A stretch of 64,000 nucleotides of DNA, taken from Candidatus Aenigmatarchaeota archaeon (lineage in GTDB: Archaea; Aenigmatarchaeota; Aenigmatarchaeia; QMZP01). Numbering within the stretch: the stretch's first letter is position 1; every line of letters starts with the position of its first letter. The notes below the pieces were generated by a model. It did no database searches and had not been told where the DNA came from. It saw nothing but the letters and a program-made list of their open reading frames with translations. Below, in pieces: positions 1 to 9,217 of the stretch. Location of the stretch: assembly GCA_043824495.1 (NCBI GenBank), contig JBDRSV010000005.1:1-64000 (forward strand), given 5' to 3'. Made by a program: the position numbers and the translations under genes.

Positions 1-229
1 ATTTAAATTATTATTTTTCAATAGTTACATAGTCATGTTCCACACTTACCATCGCTGACAATCTTTAGACATCTGGGGCAAGTTACTTGTTCGAGGTAAA
101 GTCATCATCTGTAATTTAGGAATCAACACTCCACAACAACGAAAGACAAATGTATGTCTGTTGCGGTGTGTTTTGAGTTAATTCTAGGACGATAACTATA
201 AACGACGTAACGAACCAGAAGGAGGAATC

Positions 230-1228
230 GTGAGACTGCTCGTCACAAGAACTGGATTGGCAATCCTGTGTATCGGATTGTTAATGATCACCGCAGGATG
301 TGGTGAGAAAGAAGTGGATTACAGCTACAGTGCCTACTCTGTGAGCGGCAACTGGAACCGTGTTAAGGACTTCTACCAGAGAGAAGACGTCACATATCGC
401 TGCGACAAGCTCTTCGAGGCCGAAGAGGGGAACCCAGGAACACTTGACGCTCTTGGTGTAACAGTTGATGAACTTCTTACAATGCGTGACACGTTTCTAG
501 TCGCCGAGATCTGGAGACAGTTTGCAACTTCCGGCGACTCGTGTGACCATCGCGACGTCACATCAGAAGTCGAGAGAATACGTCATCTGGAGAAGCAACT
601 GAAAACCGAAGACTTCGCATCACTCGGCCTCACAGAGGATATGTTGGTGACATGCCAACTCACCGGCCAGATCTTCCCTACACGGGAGAGACTTCTCGTG
701 ATCCAGGCAAATGCCTACGATACTGACTACTCCAATGATATCGCAGGTATCATCAATCTCGCTGAACGGGCCCCATGGGGTCTGAATGATGTTCCGATCA
801 CACTTGACAGCCTCAAAGTTCTGGAAATCACGTGCAAACTGTCAAGTGGACGCAAGGCGGCGAAGAATGCAAGAGTCTACTCTAATACCGGTAATCTGGA
901 ACGTCTACAGGACCAGCTCAAATCGCTTGGCACATACGTAGACGACATTACTGAGAAGTATGCAGGATCTCATCCGGCGTGGGATGATGGCATCCAGGAA
1001 CTTCGAATCTTCTTGAGCGATCACTCGCGTACAAACCTCTTCGAGCGTGCACACCAATTCCAGGCCTACAAGTGGGCCAGATATATGAGGAGAATGACGC
1101 CTAGTCGCAATACGAACGCTAATCCAGTATATCACTTCAAAAATCACCAAGAGCAATCCGGACATACCTTGGGGTACTACGGAGTCACCCAAACGGAACT
1201 CGCGATGTGGACGCGTAAGTGGAGCTGA
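230..1228 (+). CDS. Hypothetical lipoprotein-like protein (E1 cargo)
   Basis: 332-aa ORF with SD AAGGAGG before GTG; basic N-terminus, hydrophobic stretch and lipobox-like TAGC; recurring (L/Y)G(V/L)TxxxL motif. Confidence 0.7.
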   Translation: MRLLVTRTGLAILCIGLLMITAGCGEKEVDYSYSAYSVSGNWNRVKDFYQREDVTYRCDKLFEAEEGNPGTLDALGVTVDELLTMRDTFLVAEIWRQFATSGDSCDHRDVTSEVERIRHLEKQLKTEDFASLGLTEDMLVTCQLTGQIFPTRERLLVIQANAYDTDYSNDIAGIINLAERAPWGLNDVPITLDSLKVLEITCKLSSGRKAAKNARVYSNTGNLERLQDQLKSLGTYVDDITEKYAGSHPAWDDGIQELRIFLSDHSRTNLFERAHQFQAYKWARYMRRMTPSRNTNANPVYHFKNHQEQSGHTLGYYGVTQTELAMWTRKWS

Positions 1229-1290
1229 TCTTCCTGTGACCAGCAGAGTAAACAATCGGGTATTGTGGGTAAAAATCCCGCCTCGATTGT

Positions 1291-1315
1291 TTTATATTGT
1301 CTAGTTAGAGGGATA
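1291..1315 (+). repeat. Right-end motif copy 1
   Basis: TTTATATTGTCTAGTTAGAGGGATA; near-identical copies at 9076-9100 (-), 22623-22647 and 49415-49439. Confidence 0.9.
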
Positions 1316-1422
1316 TATATGGTGGCCTTGCACCAAAACCAGTTACTTGAAAAATCTTGTTTATGTGAACAAAATATGTTCTAAAGCGTTTCACTTATCA
1401 ATATCAAGGATAAATACACTTT

Positions 1423-1947
1423 ATGGATGATGAAATAGTTGATGTAGTGGACGAACATAATAATGTGGTTGGTGAAGCAACAAAAAGAGAGTGTCACGAA
1501 AAAGGATTGTGGCATAGAGCAGCTGATATTCTGCTTTTCAATAAACAAGGTAAACTACTAATCCAGAAAAGATCTCCAGGAAAAGATTTAAATCCAAATC
1601 TCATGTGTTCCTCTGCTTCTGGTCATCTCCAAAAAGGAGATTCTTATGAAGAAGGAGCTAAAAGAGAATTGAAAGAAGAATTGGGAATAGAATGTGAATT
1701 AACTCCAATAATAAAATATATCATGGAAATTTTTTATAGTGATGGAAGAATTGATAAAGAGCATGTGATGCTTTTTCTATGTAATTATGACGGTGGGGAA
1801 TTTAAAATAGACAAAGAAGAGGTGGCTTCAATTCAGTTTCTTTCTATTGATGAAATAGAAGAAATGATAAAGAAAAATAAGAACCAATTCACAAATGGAT
1901 TTCTGCTAGATTTTCAACACTTTTTAGATTTCATTGGTCAGAACTAA
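1423..1947 (+). CDS. NUDIX hydrolase, IPP isomerase type 1-like
   Basis: Idi-like N-terminus (VVDEHNNVVGEATKRECHEKGLWHRA) and Nudix box GHLQKGDSYEEGAKRELKEELGI. Confidence 0.85.
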   Translation: MDDEIVDVVDEHNNVVGEATKRECHEKGLWHRAADILLFNKQGKLLIQKRSPGKDLNPNLMCSSASGHLQKGDSYEEGAKRELKEELGIECELTPIIKYIMEIFYSDGRIDKEHVMLFLCNYDGGEFKIDKEEVASIQFLSIDEIEEMIKKNKNQFTNGFLLDFQHFLDFIGQN

Positions 1948-1969
1948 TAGTTTCCTATACCCATTTAAC

Positions 1970-2248
1970 TTAGAAGAATCTTAATCCTTCTGGTGGTGGT
2001 GCATTCTCTGTTTCTTGTGTATGTTCTTGGCTCTGACCTTCTGTTTGTGGGTAGTAAGCTTGTGCTGCTTGAGCTTCTCTTTTTCTTGCTTCTAAATTGT
2101 CATATGTTAGTCTGCTGAATCTATCAGAACAAGCTCTGCACTGGAAAATAGATCTTACAACAATCTTAAGGGGATCTGTGTTTTCAAGTAGTTTGATGAA
2201 TTCTTCATCAACAAGATATGCTCCCCCGTTACACTTAGGACATTCCAT
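1970..2248 (-). CDS. Zinc-ribbon hypothetical protein
   Basis: CPKC and CRAC pairs; low-complexity Q/E tail. Confidence 0.7.
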   Translation of the reverse strand: MECPKCNGGAYLVDEEFIKLLENTDPLKIVVRSIFQCRACSDRFSRLTYDNLEARKREAQAAQAYYPQTEGQSQEHTQETENAPPPEGLRFF

Positions 2249-2271
2249 ACTATATTATTAGTTAAGGAAAT

Positions 2272-3768
2272 TTAAATAGAAACTGCTTGTTGCCAGCATC
2301 TCTTTGCTGCTTCAATTGTTCCTTCGTAGAGACCCTTGGTAACTGTATCATTTAGAAGTGGACCCAACCCCACAGCTACTATAGGAGCTCCTGTCAACTC
2401 AGCTTCCATTAAAAGATATGCTTTCATTCCATCTGGCATTACATCAAAACCTTGCTCAACAATTTTTTTGACTTCCTCAGGAGACAGTTTACCCCAGTGG
2501 TATGGTTCGCTCCAAATAACTTCAAATTCTCCCTCAAAACTCAAATGATCAACTACTTCACCATTGGGTAGCTTGTAACCAATTATAGCTCTCTGTGGTC
2601 CATATTTTTCCATAAATTCACCAAAAATATCAAGTTTTGTTATTCTTAACAATGTTGAAACAGGAGCAGTTGTGTCTATTTGATATCTGGTCTCAGCAAT
2701 GTTGTTTGCACCTGTTCTCCTTCTATTACCTGAAGTTACTCCAATTTCTCCTCCTATTTCAGCAAGAAATTCTGTTTTTTCTCCAGTGAATTCTCCAGGG
2801 AAGAAACCTGATCCAGCTCTGGTTACATAACCTTTCTTAATTAGATATATAGCATAGTTATCTGGATCTCTTGGAACTGCTGGAAGATAAGCTCCTTTTA
2901 ATATTTCATGAAGGGAAACACCATAAGAAACTGTTTTACCAACACTTCCAAAATCAAGATCAAGACAAGGAGCCTGTGTTCCATTGACAAAAAGATAAGC
3001 ATTTGGATTGTGTAAAGCCAGATCAACTAGTTTCTTGCTTCTTATGATAAACTTGGTTTCAGAATCTCTGTCCCATTTGCTGAATTCATCTGTCCATTTT
3101 CTAAGCCAGTTCATAGTTTCTTCAAACGATATTTCAGGCTCTCCAAATTCTCGTAATTGAGCATTACAAACTCTAACGCCCTTTTCTATTCTTGCTCTTA
3201 CTTCCTGAGAATCTAAATTTAACAGATCAGCAGCTCTAGGATCGGTTCTTGCAGTTCTCCTTGCGCTTGTTGGCCCACTTCCAGATCTTGTGCCTTTCAT
3301 TTCCTTATTCATTGCAAGATCTAATGCAATGTCTTGAGGAAGAGTGATGGTTGCATATTCATCTAAAAATAAATTTTTTCCAGGTACTATTTTACAGCCT
3401 TGTTGGTTAGCTTCTGTGATTTCTTTGTGGAGTCTTTCTAGACTTATTCTCTTCAAAGGTCCCAATATAGAAATGGCATAAGGGGTCCACACTATACCAG
3501 GCGGTAATAAATGTGTAGAAACTTTGTTGCCATTTGGCAAATAAATATTATTTCCTGCATTACCAGAACCATTTGGACCAATACTTAAAACAGCGGGCTT
3601 GTTAGCCAAAACATCAAGAGGATCTCTAAGAACTGCGTTTTCGTAATCAGGATTGTTTTGTAGACCCAAGTCTTCAATTAGCTCACGGATAATGAAACTG
3701 TTCTGTCCTCCCTTGCCTGTGTCTCCGTAATCTCCGCCAGTTGATATCCTGTGTTTAGGTCCATGCAT
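2272..3768 (-). CDS. purA: Adenylosuccinate synthetase-like protein (divergent)
   Basis: GDYGDTGKG P-loop, GNAG, GTQAPCLDLDFG, GVTSGNRRRTG and TKLD motifs are colinear with PurA; adjacent to guaB. Confidence 0.8.
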   Translation of the reverse strand: MHGPKHRISTGGDYGDTGKGGQNSFIIRELIEDLGLQNNPDYENAVLRDPLDVLANKPAVLSIGPNGSGNAGNNIYLPNGNKVSTHLLPPGIVWTPYAISILGPLKRISLERLHKEITEANQQGCKIVPGKNLFLDEYATITLPQDIALDLAMNKEMKGTRSGSGPTSARRTARTDPRAADLLNLDSQEVRARIEKGVRVCNAQLREFGEPEISFEETMNWLRKWTDEFSKWDRDSETKFIIRSKKLVDLALHNPNAYLFVNGTQAPCLDLDFGSVGKTVSYGVSLHEILKGAYLPAVPRDPDNYAIYLIKKGYVTRAGSGFFPGEFTGEKTEFLAEIGGEIGVTSGNRRRTGANNIAETRYQIDTTAPVSTLLRITKLDIFGEFMEKYGPQRAIIGYKLPNGEVVDHLSFEGEFEVIWSEPYHWGKLSPEEVKKIVEQGFDVMPDGMKAYLLMEAELTGAPIVAVGLGPLLNDTVTKGLYEGTIEAAKRCWQQAVSI

Positions 3769-3829
3769 AATCTATCCAAATATAATTGACAAGAAATTTT
3801 AAATTAGTTTCTGAATAAATAACTATAAT

Positions 3830-5365
3830 TTACTGTGATCTCATGTAGCTTACGAGATTATGTGGCTTTCCTTCTTCTTGTCCACCAAGTGGGTGAGGGA
3901 GTATTTCTGCATTTTGATATAACTCTTCAATGGAACCTGCGCCTGCTTTCTCCATTGCTTTCTTCAATCCTTCTATTAAGTAAGGAATCCAGTGGCCTAC
4001 AGGTCCTCTATCTTCTACATATCCTGTAACACCTTCTGGAACAGCTAGAGAACGTCCACCTCTTGCTAATCCACTATTGACATCCATAGATTCTCTTGAA
4101 CCCATTCCTCTATACTTCTTTACTCTTACACCAGAAGAACTGTAAACATATTCCCCAGGAGCTTCTTCTGTTCCTGCAAGTAAATTACCGGACATTATTG
4201 CATCTGCACCTAAAGCTAGTCCTTTCAATAAAGTACCAGGCCCCGTGAATCCACCGTCTCCAATTATAGGAACTTTTCCGAATTCTTCTTTCATACCATC
4301 TGCAACTAATCTTGCATTATATATAGCAGATAGTTGTGGTCTTCCTATACCAAGATCAGATCTTGTTATACAAATAGATCCAGGACCAATACCAATCTTG
4401 ATTGCATCTGCACCTAGTTCTATCAGTCTCTTAACAGCTTCGTTGTTTGTTGTGTTACCAACCATCACTTCTAATTCTGGGTAACTTTGTTTTACATGAC
4501 TAAGCATATCAAAAACAAATTTTTTGTAAGCATGAGAAGTTTCTATACAAATTCCATCAGCGCCTGCTGCTATCAAAGCATCTAATCTTTCATAGTCTGC
4601 TTTATGTGTTCCAATTGCTCCGAATACAACAAGTCTACCTTTCTTGTCTTTTACAGCATTGGGATAGTCAGTTGATTTTGCTAGATCTCTTCTAGAAACT
4701 ACATAACAAACTTTTCCATTCTCGTCAATTATAGGAGCCATTCCCCAATGACTTTCTAGAAGCTTTATGTAAGCATTTTTTAGTTGATCACCTTGTTCTA
4801 TTTCTCTCATTTGTATATGACGTGTTCTCTCAAAAGGAACCATCCTATCTCTTACTTTAAGACCCGCGTGCATTCCTCTGTCTCCTCCGAACACAGCTTG
4901 TAAGGAATAGCTGTTCTTTGTTAAAATTCCAACAAGTGTTCCGTGAGGATCTCCATTATCTGTAACTATGACGCTACCAACACAATGCTTCTTCATCATA
5001 TTGTCAGCTTCTTCTATTGGAGTGTCTGGTTTGGTTGTATAAGGATGTTCAATAAAACCGCTTCGCCATCTCTTGGTTATTTCTATTTCTTTTACTTGTT
5101 TTTCTATTCCGGTTGAATTATTATCTGATGGGAAATTATTATGTATTACTGGCAGACCGCCTTGATTAGCTAGAGCAATAGCTAGTCTAGATTCTGTGAC
5201 AGTGTCCATAGGTGCTGAAATTAACGGTATTTTTCCTCGGAGTTTTTTTGTGAATTGAGCATCTGTTTTTATTTCGTTTGTACCTAATTCTGAGAAACCT
5301 TCATTTACAATAACATCAGCAAAAGAGAATTCTTTTCCATTCAATTTGGGATGAAGTTTTACCAT
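3830..5365 (-). CDS. guaB: IMP dehydrogenase
   Basis: IPLISAPMDTVTE, CBS subdomain, catalytic GIGPGSICITR, IIGDGG and KYRGMGS motifs. Confidence 0.95.
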   Translation of the reverse strand: MVKLHPKLNGKEFSFADVIVNEGFSELGTNEIKTDAQFTKKLRGKIPLISAPMDTVTESRLAIALANQGGLPVIHNNFPSDNNSTGIEKQVKEIEITKRWRSGFIEHPYTTKPDTPIEEADNMMKKHCVGSVIVTDNGDPHGTLVGILTKNSYSLQAVFGGDRGMHAGLKVRDRMVPFERTRHIQMREIEQGDQLKNAYIKLLESHWGMAPIIDENGKVCYVVSRRDLAKSTDYPNAVKDKKGRLVVFGAIGTHKADYERLDALIAAGADGICIETSHAYKKFVFDMLSHVKQSYPELEVMVGNTTNNEAVKRLIELGADAIKIGIGPGSICITRSDLGIGRPQLSAIYNARLVADGMKEEFGKVPIIGDGGFTGPGTLLKGLALGADAIMSGNLLAGTEEAPGEYVYSSSGVRVKKYRGMGSRESMDVNSGLARGGRSLAVPEGVTGYVEDRGPVGHWIPYLIEGLKKAMEKAGAGSIEELYQNAEILPHPLGGQEEGKPHNLVSYMRSQ

Positions 5366-5407
5366 ATAATAATTTAGTAGGTAGATTTTTAATGTTTTGT
5401 GTATATT

Positions 5408-8400
5408 CTATACTTTTTGTATGAAACTTGGTCTAGGCTCGTATAACATACCCTCTCTCTTCAACTTATCTATAATTTCATCCACTTCTTCTATTCCTTC
5501 TTTCTTGGCCAATTCTTCAATTTCACCAATGGCTATTTCTTTTTTCTTCGTGGATAGTTCATTGATTATTTCAAGAATAGATCTTATCTTGGTTCTTTCA
5601 CTTGAAGAAACTCCACCTTCTGATCTATCTATATCTATTTGTCCTGTTTCTGGATCATAACCAAGTTGCTTCAAAGAATAAGTCATGAGTTTGATTGCTC
5701 TTTCTGCATCTTCTATTCTAACAACAGGACTAAGTTGAATCTTAGCAGAAGCTTCTGAAATTCTTATGAGAGCCTCGAATTGCCTCAAACTTAGAGGAAT
5801 TGCTCCACCGCCTTCTGTAGTTGCTCTCTTTCTAGAACTTACATAAAAGTTCTTGAGCATTTTACCTACTTCTGCGGTTAATTCAGGTTTACATTTATCC
5901 TTTGCGTATGCTATATATTTCCTTATATTGTCTCTGTCTATTGTAGGTGTATTGTCTGTTGCTTCTATGTCTCTTGATTTTAGTATGTGATCTACAACTT
6001 TCTTGTCCATTGTTGTGTCTGGTTTGTCCATTAAAGCGAACTTCAAATCAAACCTAGATAACAGTGTTGGTGAAATTGTAATCTGTTTGCTTATAGCCAT
6101 GTAAGGATCGAATCTTGAGAACTTAGGATTACCTCCTGCTAAAACGGATGTTTGTGCTGGTAATGTTGCAACTATAGAAGCTTTGGCGATTGATACTGAA
6201 TTGTGGCATATTATACCATTTCCTATAAAAATTCCAGTTGGATTCATTGCAACATCATAAACCCACTGTTTACCTCTCTTCAATGATATTGATTTTATCC
6301 TTATCCACTCCACAGGAGCTTCTAGAACAAACCTGAGATTTTCAATTATTCTTTTCTGAGAAAGCATCTTTTCTAGTATATTCTCAGTCACTGTTATAGA
6401 TTTTTTAAATAGTTTCTCGTCTTTCTTTACAGCTTTCCAATACCAAAGATTCTGCTCGCTTATTTTTAATTTCCTTGCAATTTCTGATCTACTTATTCTA
6501 AACTCCTCTCTCAATTTTCTGAATTCTGTGTAATGAATGGGGGACTTTAATTTTTCAAGTGTTTTCTCTATCTTAACTATCCTCGAATCAAAGCTTTTAA
6601 CAATTTTTCTAAGCATTTCTTTGGTAATATTGTTCTTCTTTCGTGTAAGAGTTAACTCATGGCCTACAATTTCATCATAAGAAAGATTCAGTTCTTTCCT
6701 TATTTGTTCCACTAAAGGCACAATATTAGGCACGTGGTTCCATACTGAGGAAACTGTTCTTTTCGTGACAAGTTTTTGAAGTTTATGTTTTCTTCTTCCT
6801 GTAAAGCCTATAAATTTATCAAAATTTTTTATGTTTTCTTTTCCAGAGAGTTGAAGCTTGTAAGCTACATGTTTTCTATTACCTTTCATGCTTTTATCTA
6901 AATATATACCAGAGAAAATTTCAAACCTGAGCAGTAGTTCTCTGATATGTTTTGCTAGATTTTCACTGGTAGTGGAAAATGTTATTGTTCCATAAGGATA
7001 ATTAACAGATCCTTCTGCATCAAAAAGTCCTCTAAGAAGATAAGATATTTCTTCATTTGATGATTTGTTAATCCAGTCAGGGAGGGATTTATTCCATGGT
7101 TCTACAAGAATCTGAGAACCAATAGAATGAATAAAACGATACAATGGTCTTGAAATTAACCTTATCATCTCTAATGAATCCTTCTCTCTTGTTTGAACGT
7201 ACGGGGAGATAGAAAATAATTTTTTAATTAAGTATTTATAGCGATTTAGAATGTCTTGATCATTGTTACTAAAACAGACCCCGTTTTTAATTTTTCTATT
7301 AACCTCAGCATTACCTTCTCCTATAATCAGACCAATCCATTCACATAATTCCTTGCTGCTTCTTGTGGGTAATTTTAGTTTTTTGTGTTTCTTATCTTCA
7401 GGAATTTTTTGTAGTGGAAGAGGCTGAGGTTTTCCATACAATGAAAGTCTTTTTGGAACTGGTATATGATCACCTTTTTTCAAGCCCCTTGCTTTTATAG
7501 GTGTTATGACACCGTTTCTTATTATAAAAACAGGATGATCTTTTGTTATTTTTATTTCTTGTCCTGTATTAAGATTAATTTTATAAATAGAATTCTCTGT
7601 GTGTTTGCCAACAGCTAGAATCTTTGAAGGTTTTATTTGTTTGAAGTCTGAAGATAGTATGTGTATGTTTTTGTCCGATATGATCTTGCTTATATTGTTT
7701 CCTTTCTCCCCCTGGGTTAATTGATCTACAAAATCTCCTATCTGTGTCTTGCTCCCGTCTTCAAAAATAAGTTCGGTGCTTCCGTCATAACATCCTTGTT
7801 CGAGTGCTTCGTGCATAGCTACTTGATCTTCTTGGCTCATCTTCTCGAACTCGTCTATTGCAAGCAACCCCTTGTTTGCTAAAACAATTGCACCAGCTTC
7901 TAAAACCCATCCACCCATGAACTGTTCATCTTTAGTAACTGTCGCCGTAAGTCCCGCAGTAGATGTCCCCTTACCTGATACATACTTACCTCTAGGAACA
8001 ATATCTGGAACTAGTTTAAGCAACTGAGATTTACCTGAAGCAGGATCACCAATAATTAGAAGATGTATATCACCTCTTATTCTTGTACGATCTCTTAGTT
8101 TTCTTGTAACTCCTCCAAAAAGCTGCATTATTATTGCCTCTTTTTCATATTCAAGACCGTACAAAGAAGGAGCTATTGATTGTACTAGTTTCTCATAAAT
8201 TTTAGGGTCTCTTGCAAAAGCTTTGATTTTTTCTTCGTCTTCCTTATTGATATCTAATTTTTCCCACCCTATTTCAGTTGCCTCGAAATTGTTTACATCT
8301 AAGAAAAAATCTAGTTTAACTCCTTGGGCATTTTGTTTTGGTATATCTTTCAAAATACCACAAAGCAGGAGCTTGTTACCAGGTTCTGTTAGTCTTCTAC

Positions 8401-9031
8401 CATCAGGAGATACTAAATCCTCTGTTACTACAACAGTTACTTGAGATGGTCTTTCACCTTCTGTTAATTCAAATGGTTCTTCAATAACCATCCATCTAGT
8501 ATCAATCATTTTCTTTCCAACTTCTTTGAAACCTATTCTATTTCTACATGGTTTTCCGCCTATGACACCTGTGCACAAGAAAGGCTTGGGCATGAAGTTG
8601 CCTCTCCTTTCTATTGTTAGCTTTTCTTCACATTCAGGGCACTCCCATTCAGTTTCCATTATTTCAGGTCTAATTTCAGATGCTTTTCTTACTATACCTT
8701 CAACTGCAAGGAATTTGTTAATATGTCTTGATCTAAGATCTCTGATGCTTGTGAGTTCTGTCAAGTTCTTTACTCTAACTCTAACTGGATTAGGTAAGTC
8801 TATCTGAGTAACAGCGTCTTCTGCTACTTGGAAGAATGTTTTAGGATCAAGCAGAAGCAGCTCAGAAAGTTCAGGACCATGCTTACCAAATTTCTGAATC
8901 CAATCAAAATCAACCTCTAGAGGAGTTCCTGAATTTGATGCTTCTTCAATATCTTTGCTATATCTGTCTCTCAGGAACTCATTGAATCGAAGCGTTAGCT
9001 CGTCCTTTTTCTCTTCAGAAATATAGGCCAT
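5408..9031 (-). CDS. mcm: MCM replicative helicase with intein
   Basis: Zn finger CPEC..C, Walker A GDPASGKSQ, Walker B IDEFEKM, arginine finger LLSRFD and C-terminal winged helix. Confidence 0.97.
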   Translation of the reverse strand: MAYISEEKKDELTLRFNEFLRDRYSKDIEEASNSGTPLEVDFDWIQKFGKHGPELSELLLLDPKTFFQVAEDAVTQIDLPNPVRVRVKNLTELTSIRDLRSRHINKFLAVEGIVRKASEIRPEIMETEWECPECEEKLTIERRGNFMPKPFLCTGVIGGKPCRNRIGFKEVGKKMIDTRWMVIEEPFELTEGERPSQVTVVVTEDLVSPDGRRLTEPGNKLLLCGILKDIPKQNAQGVKLDFFLDVNNFEATEIGWEKLDINKEDEEKIKAFARDPKIYEKLVQSIAPSLYGLEYEKEAIIMQLFGGVTRKLRDRTRIRGDIHLLIIGDPASGKSQLLKLVPDIVPRGKYVSGKGTSTAGLTATVTKDEQFMGGWVLEAGAIVLANKGLLAIDEFEKMSQEDQVAMHEALEQGCYDGSTELIFEDGSKTQIGDFVDQLTQGEKGNNISKIISDKNIHILSSDFKQIKPSKILAVGKHTENSIYKINLNTGQEIKITKDHPVFIIRNGVITPIKARGLKKGDHIPVPKRLSLYGKPQPLPLQKIPEDKKHKKLKLPTRSSKELCEWIGLIIGEGNAEVNRKIKNGVCFSNNDQDILNRYKYLIKKLFSISPYVQTREKDSLEMIRLISRPLYRFIHSIGSQILVEPWNKSLPDWINKSSNEEISYLLRGLFDAEGSVNYPYGTITFSTTSENLAKHIRELLLRFEIFSGIYLDKSMKGNRKHVAYKLQLSGKENIKNFDKFIGFTGRRKHKLQKLVTKRTVSSVWNHVPNIVPLVEQIRKELNLSYDEIVGHELTLTRKKNNITKEMLRKIVKSFDSRIVKIEKTLEKLKSPIHYTEFRKLREEFRISRSEIARKLKISEQNLWYWKAVKKDEKLFKKSITVTENILEKMLSQKRIIENLRFVLEAPVEWIRIKSISLKRGKQWVYDVAMNPTGIFIGNGIICHNSVSIAKASIVATLPAQTSVLAGGNPKFSRFDPYMAISKQITISPTLLSRFDLKFALMDKPDTTMDKKVVDHILKSRDIEATDNTPTIDRDNIRKYIAYAKDKCKPELTAEVGKMLKNFYVSSRKRATTEGGGAIPLSLRQFEALIRISEASAKIQLSPVVRIEDAERAIKLMTYSLKQLGYDPETGQIDIDRSEGGVSSSERTKIRSILEIINELSTKKKEIAIGEIEELAKKEGIEEVDEIIDKLKREGMLYEPRPSFIQKV
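6200..7792 (-). mobile_element. Intein (531 aa) with LAGLIDADG homing endonuclease, within mcm
   Basis: HEALEQG|CYDG...IICHN|SVSIAKA junctions (Cys1, terminal His-Asn, Ser+1); WIGLIIGEG and LLRGLFDAEG LAGLIDADG motifs; internal HTH-like segment ISRSEIARKLKIS. Confidence 0.93.
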
Positions 9032-9075
9032 AAGATTAATTGGATGTGAAATTTAAATAATTCTTTCTGCCTATA

Positions 9076-9100
9076 TATCCCTTTAAATTGACAATATAAA
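9076..9100 (-). repeat. Right-end motif copy 2
   Basis: Reverse complement reads TTTATATTGTCAATTTAAAGGGATA; lies upstream of mcm. Confidence 0.9.
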
Positions 9101-9217
9101 ACACCTAAGAGTCTTGGTTACCTCATGGCCCTAAAGATATTCGACGATTGGACCTTGAATCCTTGCACATCTACATGTGTGCGTTATTCGCCGAAAAGTT
9201 CTTTTTGAGTGCATGGT

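Larger units (their letters stand above)
33..1315 (+). mobile_element. Cassette-like element E1 (conserved left end, one cargo gene, 25-bp right motif)
   Basis: Left box TCATGTTCCACA at 33, CTTTAGACATCT at 63-74, TGTAATTTAGGAATCAACAC at 110-129; right motif at 1291-1315. GC is higher than the flank (241-300 has 28/60 GC; 1501-1560 has 21/60). Confidence 0.7.

Noticed and set aside
33-1305. Helitron-like reading of the cassette ends (5' TC ... CTRR 3', inserted between A and T)
   Set aside because: It fits E1 (CTAG) and E3 (CTAA) but not E2 or E4, there is no consistent subterminal hairpin, and conservation continues about 10 bp beyond the CTRR.
1291-1315. Right motif as a canonical dif/Xer site or integron attC
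   Set aside because: It lacks the 11-6-11 arm symmetry with TTAT(G/A)T(T/C)TAAA and lacks RYYYAAC...GTTRRRY ends. It is retained only as an unclassified site.
2272-3768. PurZ (2-aminoadenine pathway) assignment
   Set aside because: The Asp of GDxGKG is retained (PurZ has Ser), the gene is beside guaB, and no datZ or mazZ-like genes are visible.
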